Source: Superficieibacter electus (GTDB taxonomy: Bacteria > Pseudomonadota > Gammaproteobacteria > Enterobacterales > Enterobacteriaceae). From it: a stretch of DNA of 24,000 nt. Positions 1 to 7,747 of this stretch are shown here, piece after piece; position 1 is the first letter of the stretch; every line of letters begins with the position of its first letter. Below the pieces are notes generated by a model that saw only the letters and a list, made by a program, of their open reading frames with translations, had not been told where the DNA came from and searched no databases. Position numbers and translations under genes: made by a program. The stretch spans positions 132,776 through 156,775 of the forward strand of contig NZ_PQGD01000007.1 of assembly GCF_002915575.1 (NCBI RefSeq), read 5' to 3'.

Positions 1-488
1 ATGAGACGCGTCCGCTGCTGCAGGGCGGGCGGCTCACCGCGTGGGAGTTGGGTGAACTGGGTATTCCTTATCAGTTGATTACCGACTCGATGGCTGCCAG
101 CCTGATGGCACAAGGTCAGGTTGACGCCGTATGGGTCGGCGCGGATCGTATTGCAGCGAATGGCGATGTAGCGAACAAAATTGGGACTTATTCACTGGCA
201 GTACTGGCGAAATATCATGGTATTCCCTTTTACGTCGCCGCGCCGCACACTACGCTGGACAGGTACTGTGCTGATGGTAACGCCATTCCCATTGAACAGC
301 GAGCAGCCAGCGAAGTAACCGGCGTGGCGGGCAGTTTTGGCGCAGTACAATGGGCCGCGCAGGATGCCAAAGTCTATAATCCGGCGTTTGACGTAACGCC
401 TGCCGCGCTGATTAGCGGCTGGGTACTGGATACCGGCGTTGTCACATCACAGGCCGTTAAAGCGGGTGTCTTCAGGCCGACAGCGTAG
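1..488 (+). CDS. mtnA: methylthioribose-1-phosphate isomerase, C-terminal part (5' end outside the window)
   Basis: The reading frame is open from the window edge ([32 protein letters not shown]...). It contains [18 protein letters not shown] and PFYVAAP, typical of the MtnA/eIF-2B-related family. Stop TAG at 486-488. Confidence 0.85.
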   Translation, partial: ETRPLLQGGRLTAWELGELGIPYQLITDSMAASLMAQGQVDAVWVGADRIAANGDVANKIGTYSLAVLAKYHGIPFYVAAPHTTLDRYCADGNAIPIEQRAASEVTGVAGSFGAVQWAAQDAKVYNPAFDVTPAALISGWVLDTGVVTSQAVKAGVFRPTA

Positions 489-527
489 GCTGCCTCTGAA
501 ATATGTCTGGACGTCTAAGCGTCTTGA

Positions 528-555
528 TTGCTAAATGATGTTGGCATGTTATAGT
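528..555 (+). promoter_or_regulatory. putative sigma70 promoter for ybdL
   Basis: TTGCTA (528-533), 16-nt spacer, TATAGT (550-555), about 35 nt upstream of the ybdL ATG. Hexamer match only. Confidence 0.35.
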
Positions 556-589
556 GGCTTTAATCGTCTATGAAAAGCGGATACAAAGC

Positions 590-1750
590 ATGAGCAGCAA
601 TCCATTGATCCCACAAAGTAAATTGCCAAATCTTGGCACCACAATCTTCACGCAAATGAGCGCGCTGGCGCAACAGCATCAGGCGATCAATTTGTCACAG
701 GGGTTTCCTGACTTTGACGGTCCGCGTTATTTGCAGGAGCGGCTGGCGTATCATGTTGCGCAGGGCGCGAACCAGTACGCCCCGATGACCGGCGCTCTGG
801 CGCTGCGCGAAGCCATTGCTGATAAAACCGCTGAGCTTTATGACTATCGTGTGAATGTGGACAGCGATATTACCGTAACGGCTGGTGCGACTGAGGCGCT
901 GTACGCGGCGATAACCGCCCTGGTGCGCGAAGGCGATGAGGTTATTTGCTTCGATCCCAGCTATGACAGTTATGCCCCGGCGGTTGCGTTGTCCGGCGGG
1001 GTGGTTAAACGCCTGGCACTGCAACCGCCGCATTTTCGCGTGGACTGGCAGGCATTCGCCGGTTTACTCACTGAACGCACCCGGCTGGTGATCCTGAATA
1101 CGCCGCATAATCCTTCGGCGACTGTCTGGCGCAATGACGATTTTAGCGCGCTGTGGCAGGCGATTCACGATCGGGAAATTTATGTCGTCAGTGATGAAGT
1201 TTATGAGCATATCTGTTTTGCCCGTGAAGGACATGCCAGCGTGCTGACGCACCCGCAGTTGCGTGAACGCGCCATTGCCGTGTCGTCATTTGGTAAAACC
1301 TACCATATGACCGGATGGAAAATTGGTTATTGCGTCGCTCCGGCAGCCATTAGTGCGGAGTTACGTAAGGTGCATCAGTACTTAACTTTCGCCGTAAACA
1401 CGCCGGCGCAGTTGGCACTGGCTGACATGTTGCGTGCCGAACCTGAGCATTATCGTTATCTGCCGGAGTTTTACCGTCAGCGGCGCGATGTATTTATTAA
1501 CGCGTTGAGTGACAGTCGTCTGGAGCTTCTGCCCTGCGAAGGAACTTATTTTCTGCTGGCTGATTATAGCGCGATCTCCGATCTGGATGATGTTAGCTTC
1601 TGTCGCTGGCTGACGACCGACGTCGGCGTTGCGGCAATTCCTCTGTCGGTATTTTGCGCCGATCCTTTCCCGCATAAGCTAATTCGCCTGTGCTTTGCGA
1701 AGCAGGAATCGACGCTGCTGGCCGCCGCAGAGCGGCTATGTAAACTGTAA
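590..1750 (+). CDS. ybdL: methionine-preferring class I PLP aminotransferase
   Basis: From ATG 590 the protein (MSSNPLIPQSKLPNLGTTIFTQMSALAQQHQAINLSQGFPDFDGP...) is 386 aa. It aligns end to end with E. coli YbdL as I recall it. PLP-lysine context SSFGKTYHMTGWK. The ORF-track start at 554 is a GTG extension. Confidence 0.93.
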   Translation: MSSNPLIPQSKLPNLGTTIFTQMSALAQQHQAINLSQGFPDFDGPRYLQERLAYHVAQGANQYAPMTGALALREAIADKTAELYDYRVNVDSDITVTAGATEALYAAITALVREGDEVICFDPSYDSYAPAVALSGGVVKRLALQPPHFRVDWQAFAGLLTERTRLVILNTPHNPSATVWRNDDFSALWQAIHDREIYVVSDEVYEHICFAREGHASVLTHPQLRERAIAVSSFGKTYHMTGWKIGYCVAPAAISAELRKVHQYLTFAVNTPAQLALADMLRAEPEHYRYLPEFYRQRRDVFINALSDSRLELLPCEGTYFLLADYSAISDLDDVSFCRWLTTDVGVAAIPLSVFCADPFPHKLIRLCFAKQESTLLAAAERLCKL

Positions 1751-2377
1751 TTACTTAACGGTCCAGCCTTCGGAGTATTGACGGTCGCTAAACAGTTCCA
1801 GCAGACCATTTACCTGTTTCAGGCGCAGTACTTCGTCGGCATCCATTCCCAGCTCTTTGCCTATTTTTATATTATCCCAGCCCAGCTGTACCAGCTCGCG
1901 GACAATTTCCGACATCGCATTAATTTGATGGCGGCCCCTGGCACGATTATGACGTATAGTGGACGCCATGCGGGAAGAACGTTTGTCTGCGCTCTCCTTC
2001 AGGCGTGCAATGGGCAGGTACCCTTTGAGCTTTCGCACCAGCGAGCTTTTACATTGCGCCAGCTGCTGGCGATGAAAACCATCGATGATTTCATAGCCGC
2101 CGCGCTCGCTCTCAGCAACCACGACGGGTTGGGTAAAACCATCCGCTTCAAGAGAACGCAAGAGAAGCCGGTTTTCTGGTGGCGCGACATTATTGGGGTT
2201 GTAATTATTAGCGGCGAGCTTCTCATTTTTTACCCATAATACACAGTCGACAGGGTTGTCATTAAAAGGGCTAAACTCGTGTAACACCCGGCGAAAATTA
2301 TTGATTGCTTCAATACGTTCTGCCTCTGGCAACTTGTCCAGATAACAAGCCAGAACCAACATTATTCGCTCTTGCAT
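1751..2377 (-). CDS. ybdM: ParB/sulfiredoxin-like nuclease-domain protein with C-terminal HTH (YbdM/IbrB family)
   Basis: ParB-N-like core FTQPVVVAESERGGYEIIDGFHRQQLA and a C-terminal helix-turn-helix-like IKIGKELGMDADEVLRLK. ATG at 2377 gives 208 aa; the alternative GTG at 2389 gives 212 aa. AAGGAG lies upstream. Either start overlaps the 3' end of ybdN (stop 2362-2364). Confidence 0.85.
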   Translation of the reverse strand: MQERIMLVLACYLDKLPEAERIEAINNFRRVLHEFSPFNDNPVDCVLWVKNEKLAANNYNPNNVAPPENRLLLRSLEADGFTQPVVVAESERGGYEIIDGFHRQQLAQCKSSLVRKLKGYLPIARLKESADKRSSRMASTIRHNRARGRHQINAMSEIVRELVQLGWDNIKIGKELGMDADEVLRLKQVNGLLELFSDRQYSEGWTVK

Positions 2378-3585
2378 AAAATATTCCACTCCTTGCGTTT
2401 ATTTTTTATCCGTTCATTGTAGCGGTGGTAATGCGCTGGTTTATTTGGGCTAAATGATAGCATTCGACACCAGTAGTCGTTATTGAGTAAAACCTTGCAT
2501 ATACGTCGCCAGGAGGGGATATCTTTTGAACCAATATCTCCCGCCTGAGTATCTGGAATATCCGCCATCCCCTTATTTTGGTACCAGCGCAAATAAACGG
2601 CAATTTTATTGCGATAATGTTCAGCGGTCTTCTGCGGCATGCTCTCAAGCAACAATAGTGCGTAGCTTTTCCAGGTGTGATTATTCGGCTTCATCAACTG
2701 GCGATGGCCGTAGAATTTACTGTCCTGGCCGGCATAAATCCCGCCGCTGTGCACCCCGCTCACACGCTGACACATACGGCCCCAACGCTCAGGCTCCAGC
2801 ACATGATACAGCCAGAGCCCCTGACGCTGCTCGGGGCCAAAAGGTTCACAAATGCGCATATAGCGTGGCGGCACTCCCGCCTGATACATCAAATTATACA
2901 AAGGATTATAGGGTTTATTGCTTTTAGCAAACCATGTCCAGATATCTGCGGTCTTCCAGTCATAGATAGGATACACATACCAGGTATGAGCGCCCGGGGC
3001 GAGCGTGGTCCAGGGTTTGTCATCAGAAAAACGATGTTTACTGCGCGAGGCGATACTGAGAAACCGATTGTAGGATTCATCAGCGCGGATACCAATCATC
3101 ACCGCCGCCGGACGCTGCTGTGAGAACCATTCAGCAAATTCCTGAACAAACACCTCAAACGACATGCCATGTTGATAAAAGGGAAAAAATTCGGGATCGG
3201 TAATCGCATCCTCCGGCGGCTGCCGCACCCATTCTGTACCCGGCTCCCAGCATTGCCATTCAGGGTTAAACTGCGTTAACGAATTCTGCGTGGTGAGCGG
3301 CAGGGCTACCCAGTAAAACGTATCAATGACATCCTGATAATAATCACGCAGGTATTCACAATGCGAGATGGTACAGGAGAATTGGGCTTCCCAGTCAATA
3401 AAAAGAACGCTGATTTTTTTTCCTGATTCACGCGCCAACTGGGCGGCGAGATGAAGCATTAACGTTGAATCTTTGCCCCCGGAAAAAGAAATACATACGC
3501 GAGTGAAATTTTGCAGCGTCCATTGGATACGCTCCCGACTGGCTTCCAGAACATTCTGGACCAGGGGTAATTTATGTAGAGACAT
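2362..3585 (-). CDS. ybdN: PP-loop ATPase / PAPS-reductase-like protein with a DUF3440-type C-terminal region (YbdN/IbrA family)
   Basis: 407 aa. The PP-loop SGGKDS is encoded at 3466-3483 (reverse complement TCCGGGGGCAAAGATTCA). The length and sequence match my recollection of E. coli YbdN (406 aa). Confidence 0.88.
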   Translation of the reverse strand: MSLHKLPLVQNVLEASRERIQWTLQNFTRVCISFSGGKDSTLMLHLAAQLARESGKKISVLFIDWEAQFSCTISHCEYLRDYYQDVIDTFYWVALPLTTQNSLTQFNPEWQCWEPGTEWVRQPPEDAITDPEFFPFYQHGMSFEVFVQEFAEWFSQQRPAAVMIGIRADESYNRFLSIASRSKHRFSDDKPWTTLAPGAHTWYVYPIYDWKTADIWTWFAKSNKPYNPLYNLMYQAGVPPRYMRICEPFGPEQRQGLWLYHVLEPERWGRMCQRVSGVHSGGIYAGQDSKFYGHRQLMKPNNHTWKSYALLLLESMPQKTAEHYRNKIAVYLRWYQNKGMADIPDTQAGDIGSKDIPSWRRICKVLLNNDYWCRMLSFSPNKPAHYHRYNERIKNKRKEWNILCKSE

Positions 3586-3639
3586 TTTACTACCTTATTT
3601 TAAATGTTCAAAAGGTTAAAGTAAATTCTCAGGGAGATA

Positions 3640-3665
3640 AACCCCGTGCTGTTAATTTCGGGGTT
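3640..3665 (-). terminator. hairpin downstream of ybdO (weak intrinsic terminator candidate)
   Basis: AACCCCG (3640-3646) pairs with CGGGGTT (3659-3665) around a 12-nt loop. On the minus strand the hairpin is followed only by TTTAT, so the U-tract is poor. Confidence 0.35.
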
Positions 3666-3740
3666 ATTATTACGCATCTTTTTAAAGTAGTAAATTAATT
3701 TGTTTTATTAGTCAGGTGAATAATATTTTTGGGGGCAATA

Positions 3741-4640
3741 TTAATTTTCGGTGATCGTATTAATGAATTCTGAAAAGGTCTGATTGTTAAGCGAGGCCCG
3801 ATTATACATAATGTAGATATTAAAGGGCGAGAATGTGATGGGAAGTGTGATTTTTTTCAGATTAAGAGAGTGCTTAAAAGCCTCATAAGTATTCTCTGTC
3901 ATTAAACCTACCAGGTCGGAGGCACTGAGTATATTCATAATGCTAATAAATGAATCACTGCGAAAAGCAATTTTTCGTCCAGGGAGTAAGGCTTCTACTT
4001 CTGCCTGGAACTGACGTAAACCAGGGTCTTTGTTATCAAGGAAAGTGAAATCTTCATTAAGTAACGCTTCGAGGTTACTACTGTTACCCAGCCGGGGATG
4101 ATCTTTACGGCATACCGCGACGACCGGTAGCTGCTTGTAAAGTGAGCAGCAAATGGAACGATTTGCGGTAGGGGAAACCGAAAAAATAAGATCGGCTTTG
4201 CGGTAGGCCAGCAGATCTTCAGCTGACTCAGACGACATCAGCAGATCGTGGTGCTCAATTTCGAACTGGGTGCTGCGCAGTAATAGTTGCAGGGGGTTGA
4301 TTAACCCGGCCGTGAGCAATAATTGTGGACAGTAAATAACGAAATGTTTGCGCAGCGACGAACTGTGGGTGATGTTGATGGTTTGTTCAATTTGGTTAAG
4401 GTTTTGTTCCAGATGGAGATGCAGGTTAATGCCCACGGTGGTGGGGGTAATGCCTTTGCCGGATCGGATAAACAAAGGATCGTCCAGTTGAACACGCAGA
4501 CGTTGTAACGACTGGCTAACCGCTGATGGGGTAATATATAGGGTGGCCGCTGCTTTACTGATACTCAAATGTTGATAGATGCACTCAAAAATAACCAGTA
4601 AATTGAGATCGAACTTTTTAAGGTCATAGAGATTAGCCAT
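3741..4640 (-). CDS. ybdO: LysR-type transcriptional regulator
   Basis: 299 aa. N-terminal LysR HTH ISKAAATLYITPSAVSQSLQRLR. Same position and orientation as E. coli ybdO, upstream of ybdN-ybdM. Markedly AT-rich: 23 G+C in the 60 nt at 3781-3840, counted by hand. Confidence 0.85.
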   Translation of the reverse strand: MANLYDLKKFDLNLLVIFECIYQHLSISKAAATLYITPSAVSQSLQRLRVQLDDPLFIRSGKGITPTTVGINLHLHLEQNLNQIEQTINITHSSSLRKHFVIYCPQLLLTAGLINPLQLLLRSTQFEIEHHDLLMSSESAEDLLAYRKADLIFSVSPTANRSICCSLYKQLPVVAVCRKDHPRLGNSSNLEALLNEDFTFLDNKDPGLRQFQAEVEALLPGRKIAFRSDSFISIMNILSASDLVGLMTENTYEAFKHSLNLKKITLPITFSPFNIYIMYNRASLNNQTFSEFINTITEN

Positions 4641-4684
4641 AACTCAGCCTTATGTATTGCGGTTTGTCCAGGAATGTTATATAG

Positions 4685-4693
4685 ATTATAACA
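4685..4693 (-). promoter_or_regulatory. extended -10 promoter element (TGtTATAAT) for ybdO, embedded in a 6-5-6 dyad
   Basis: The minus strand reads TTGTTATAATC, i.e. TGnTATAAT, about 45 nt upstream of the ybdO ATG. The same bases form the dyad GTTATA-tagat-TATAAC (4676-4692), which also fits a LysR T-N11-A autoregulatory box. Confidence 0.4.
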
Positions 4694-5212
4694 ATGGTTT
4701 TTTCGTATTCATTCACAAACCGCGTGATCAATTATATCTACTAACGATTTGACTTAAAATAAAGATATCATAAAAAGCAAGCATTAACCAGACGATTTAT
4801 GATAGTGATATGGATGACAACGATTACTTACATTTCTGGCATGAATTCACTTTTCAGGCATGAGAGAAATCTGTAGCAATGCCAAATAAATTAATTATTC
4901 ATGTAATTAATGAAAATAAGTATCGGTTACACAGGGAAGCTAATTTACCGGCAGCGGACAGTCATCTTAATTGATAGTCTTAGTGATTAAATGGTGTAGG
5001 CTATCAGAGCCATAGGCAGGGCCTCTTAAATCCTGATTGCCCTTTTAACTATAGGGTGATGTAATCCCGCACGCTGGGACCCGGTCATTACTCGTCAGTC
5101 CATCGCTTCAGGCAGTATTGAGTCTGTTAACTTGTTCTTAACATTTATTGTGACTCTCTGCTACACGATTGCATTTATGCCCGGAGTTCACAACATCGTC
5201 ATACGATGGTTG

Positions 5213-5249
5213 TTAGCTAACGCTTATTGATTTGATAATGGAAACGCAT
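5213..5249 (+). promoter_or_regulatory. OxyR binding site of the ahpC promoter
   Basis: TTAG-n7-TTAT-n7-ATAA-n7-GCAT follows the ATAG-n7-CTAT-n7-ATAG-n7-CTAT spacing. The stretch attgatttgataatggaaacgcattagccgaatc is nearly identical to the E. coli ahpC OxyR region as I recall it. It lies 60-95 nt upstream of the ahpC ATG. Confidence 0.6.
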
Positions 5250-5309
5250 TAGCCGAATCACAAAAATTTCGTTAACTTACACCTCAACGAAAACACGGAG
5301 GAAGTATAG

Positions 5310-5873
5310 ATGTCCTTGATTAACACTAAAATCAAACCTTTTAAAAACCAGGCGTTCAAAAACGGTGAATTCATCGAAGTTACCGAAAAAGATACCGAAG
5401 GCCGCTGGAGCGTCTTCTTCTTCTATCCGGCAGACTTCACCTTCGTCTGCCCGACTGAACTGGGTGACGTAGCGGATCACTACGACGAACTGCAGAAACT
5501 GGGCGTGGACGTTTACTCCGTTTCCACTGACACCCATTTCACCCATAAAGCATGGCACAGCAGCTCTGAAACTATCGCCAAAATCAAATACGCGATGATC
5601 GGCGACCCGACCGCTGCGCTGGCACGCAACTTTGAAGTGCTGCGTGAAGATGAAGGCCTGGCTGACCGTGGTACTTTCATCGTTGACCCGCAGGGCATCA
5701 TCCAGGCAGTTGAAGTGACCGCTGAAGGTATTGGCCGCGATGCGTCTGACCTGCTGCGTAAAATCAAAGCCGCTCAGTATGTTGCTTCCCACCCAGGCGA
5801 AGTGTGCCCGGCTAAGTGGAAAGAAGGCGAAGCGACCCTGGCTCCTTCCCTCGACCTGGTCGGCAAAATCTAA
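5310..5873 (+). CDS. ahpC: alkyl hydroperoxide reductase, peroxiredoxin subunit C
   Basis: 187 aa, [28 protein letters not shown]... Peroxidatic Cys in FTFVCPTE and resolving Cys in EVCPAKW. Strong SD GGAGGA upstream. Near-identical to E. coli AhpC. Confidence 0.98.
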   Translation: MSLINTKIKPFKNQAFKNGEFIEVTEKDTEGRWSVFFFYPADFTFVCPTELGDVADHYDELQKLGVDVYSVSTDTHFTHKAWHSSSETIAKIKYAMIGDPTAALARNFEVLREDEGLADRGTFIVDPQGIIQAVEVTAEGIGRDASDLLRKIKAAQYVASHPGEVCPAKWKEGEATLAPSLDLVGKI

Positions 5874-5914
5874 ATTTCCGTCGTCTTTCACGCCATAGCG
5901 GCGTTGGCGTCGCC

Positions 5915-5958
5915 TGCTCACCCCGGTCACTTACTCATGTAAGCTCCCGGGGATTCAC
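5915..5958. repeat. ERIC (IRU) enterobacterial repetitive intergenic consensus, central inverted-repeat core
   Basis: tgctcaccccggtcacttactc matches the reverse complement of the ERIC2 primer sequence at 19/22. atgtaagctcccggggattcac matches ERIC1R at 21/22. The flanks (about 5893-5998) look like degenerate ERIC arms. Confidence 0.8.
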
Positions 5959-6006
5959 AGGCTAGCCGCCTTGCTCTGACGCGAAATACTCAGGAAATTA
6001 CTTCGG

Positions 6007-6034
6007 AACGGGTGCGTTGTGCCCGTTTCTTTTC
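6007..6034 (+). terminator. intrinsic terminator/attenuator between ahpC and ahpF
   Basis: AACGGG (6007-6012) pairs with CCCGTT (6022-6027) around a 9-nt loop, followed by TCTTTTC. Confidence 0.55.
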
Positions 6035-6113
6035 TAACACCATGATTCAAGTTGCATTCAGGTAGCCTCACAAGGCGGCTTGCATGATGATGTTTTAAGC
6101 CCAGGAGATATCC

Positions 6114-7679
6114 ATGCTCGACACAAACATGAAAACCCAGCTCAAGGCCTATCTTGAGAAGCTGACAAAACCTGTTGAGCTGATTGCCACGCTGGACGAC
6201 AGCGCCAAATCGGCAGAAATCAAGGAATTGCTGGCTGAAATTTCAACGCTGTCAGAAAAAGTTTCATATAAAGAAGACAACACACTGGCGGTGCGTAAAC
6301 CTTCTTTCCTGATCACTAATCCGGGCTCTGCGCATGGTCCGCGCTTTGCTGGCTCACCGTTAGGGCATGAGTTTACCTCACTGGTACTGGCGCTGCTGTG
6401 GACTGGCGGTCATCCCTCGAAAGAAGCGCAGGCGCTGCTGGAGCAGATCCGCGATCTGGACGGCGATTTTGAGTTTGAAACCTATTATTCACTCTCCTGC
6501 CATAACTGCCCGGATGTCGTGCAGGCGCTGAACCTGATGGCAGTACTGAATCCGCGTGTCAAACACACGGCTATCGACGGCGGCACGTTCCAGAACGAGA
6601 TCACCGATCGCAATGTAATGGGCGTCCCGGCAGTATTCGTCAACGGTAAAGAGTTCGGTCAGGGCCGGATGACGCTGGCTGAAATCGTCGCCAAAGTGGA
6701 CAGCGGCGCAGAAAAACGCGCGGCACAGGAGCTGAATGCGCGTGAAGCCTATGATGTGCTGATTGTTGGCTCCGGCCCGGCGGGCGCGGCGGCGGCAGTG
6801 TACTCGGCGCGTAAAGGTATTCGTACTGGCCTGATGGGCGAACGCTTCGGCGGTCAGGTGCTGGACACCGTGGATATTGAAAACTACATTTCCGTGCCGA
6901 AGACCGAAGGTCAGAAGCTGGCGGGTGCATTAAAAGCGCACGTTAGTGAGTACGCGGTGGATGTGATTGATTCGCAAAGCGCCTCCCGTCTGGTGCCTGC
7001 GGCGCAGGAAGGTGGCTTACACCAGATTGAAACGGCCTCTGGTGCCGTCTTAAAAGCGCGTAGCGTGATCATTGCGACCGGCGCGAAATGGCGCAATATG
7101 AACGTGCCGGGTGAAGATCAGTACCGTACCAAAGGGGTGACTTACTGCCCACACTGCGACGGCCCGCTGTTCAAAGGGAAACGCGTTGCGGTGATCGGTG
7201 GCGGTAACTCCGGTGTGGAAGCGGCTATCGATCTCGCGGGTATTGTTGAGCACGTCACCCTGCTGGAATTTGCACCTGAAATGAAAGCGGATCAGGTTCT
7301 GCAGGATAAAGTGCGCAGCCTGAAGAATGTTGACATCATCCTCAACGCGCAGACCACCGAGGTGAAAGGCGACGGTGCAAAACTGACCGGCCTGGAATAC
7401 CGCGACCGCGTCAGCGGCGATGTTCATCACGTTGAACTCGCGGGTATTTTTGTGCAGATTGGCCTGCTGCCGAACACGACCTGGCTGGAAGGCGCAATTG
7501 AGCGTAACCGGATGGGCGAAATCATTATTGATGCGAAGTGTGAAACCAGCGTTAAAGGTGTTTTCGCTGCGGGCGACTGCACTACCGTGCCGTACAAGCA
7601 GATCATCATTGCTACCGGTGAAGGGGCAAAAGCTTCGCTCAGCGCGTTCGACCATTTGATCCGCACTAAAACCGCATAA
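6114..7679 (+). CDS. ahpF: alkyl hydroperoxide reductase, flavoprotein subunit F
   Basis: 521 aa. N-terminal CHNCP and C-terminal CPHCDGP redox centres. FAD motif [11 protein letters not shown] and NAD(P)H motif [18 protein letters not shown] upstream. Confidence 0.98.
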   Translation: MLDTNMKTQLKAYLEKLTKPVELIATLDDSAKSAEIKELLAEISTLSEKVSYKEDNTLAVRKPSFLITNPGSAHGPRFAGSPLGHEFTSLVLALLWTGGHPSKEAQALLEQIRDLDGDFEFETYYSLSCHNCPDVVQALNLMAVLNPRVKHTAIDGGTFQNEITDRNVMGVPAVFVNGKEFGQGRMTLAEIVAKVDSGAEKRAAQELNAREAYDVLIVGSGPAGAAAAVYSARKGIRTGLMGERFGGQVLDTVDIENYISVPKTEGQKLAGALKAHVSEYAVDVIDSQSASRLVPAAQEGGLHQIETASGAVLKARSVIIATGAKWRNMNVPGEDQYRTKGVTYCPHCDGPLFKGKRVAVIGGGNSGVEAAIDLAGIVEHVTLLEFAPEMKADQVLQDKVRSLKNVDIILNAQTTEVKGDGAKLTGLEYRDRVSGDVHHVELAGIFVQIGLLPNTTWLEGAIERNRMGEIIIDAKCETSVKGVFAAGDCTTVPYKQIIIATGEGAKASLSAFDHLIRTKTA

Positions 7680-7711
7680 TTAAAAAGTAAGATAATACCT
7701 GCACTGTGAGC

Positions 7712-7737
7712 GGGCCACCTTAGGGTGGCCCTTTTTA
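7712..7737 (+). terminator. rho-independent terminator after ahpF (hairpin shared with convergent uspG)
   Basis: GGGCCACC (7712-7719), loop ttag, GGTGGCCC (7724-7731), then TTTTTATT. A perfect 8-bp GC-rich stem. Confidence 0.8.
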
Positions 7738-7747
7738 TTGGCCGCGA

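Noticed and set aside
554-589. N-terminal extensions in the ORF track (ybdL 554, hydrolase 8929, uspG 8182, dcuC 19519, ybdM 2389)
   Set aside because: Several begin at GTG or lack an SD. The downstream ATGs give lengths and N-termini matching the E. coli orthologues (or, for the hydrolase, a perfect AGGAG SD), so the shorter models were used.
1778-2239. 153-aa plus-strand ORF antisense to ybdM
   Set aside because: It overlaps the ParB-like gene completely and has no SD or domain signature.
3414-3421. T8 (A8 on the coding strand) homopolymer inside ybdN, and an A7 run in ybdO, considered as slippage or phase-variation tracts
   Set aside because: The runs are short, encode ordinary Lys-Lys codons in AT-rich genes, and both reading frames are intact here.
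4799-4876. 25-aa hydrophobic mini-ORF (MIVIWMTTITYISGMNSLFRHERNL) in the ybdO-ahpC spacer, considered as a type I toxin-like peptide
   Set aside because: It has no Shine-Dalgarno sequence, no obvious promoter or antisense partner, and AT-rich DNA yields such ORFs by chance.
4891-4910. Perfect AT palindrome TTAATTA-ttcatg-TAATTAA
   Set aside because: A 7-bp all-A/T inverted repeat is expected by chance in such AT-rich DNA. It is not positioned relative to any promoter.
4990-5110. Slightly GC-richer patch in the ybdO-ahpC spacer, inspected for a tRNA-like or dsbG remnant
   Set aside because: I could draw no cloverleaf (no T-arm or anticodon-arm geometry). Short translated frames showed nothing resembling DsbG. 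It is left as part of the unexplained spacer finding.
5277-5930. 217-aa ORF antisense to ahpC
   Set aside because: It fully overlaps the unmistakable ahpC frame. It has no SD and low-complexity R/F/V-rich content. Long antisense ORFs are a routine artefact opposite strongly codon-biased genes.
7050-7655. 201-aa ORF (plus two 79-aa ORFs) antisense to or overlapping ahpF
   Set aside because: It lies entirely within the ahpF coding region, has no recognisable motifs, and is an artefact of GC-rich third positions.
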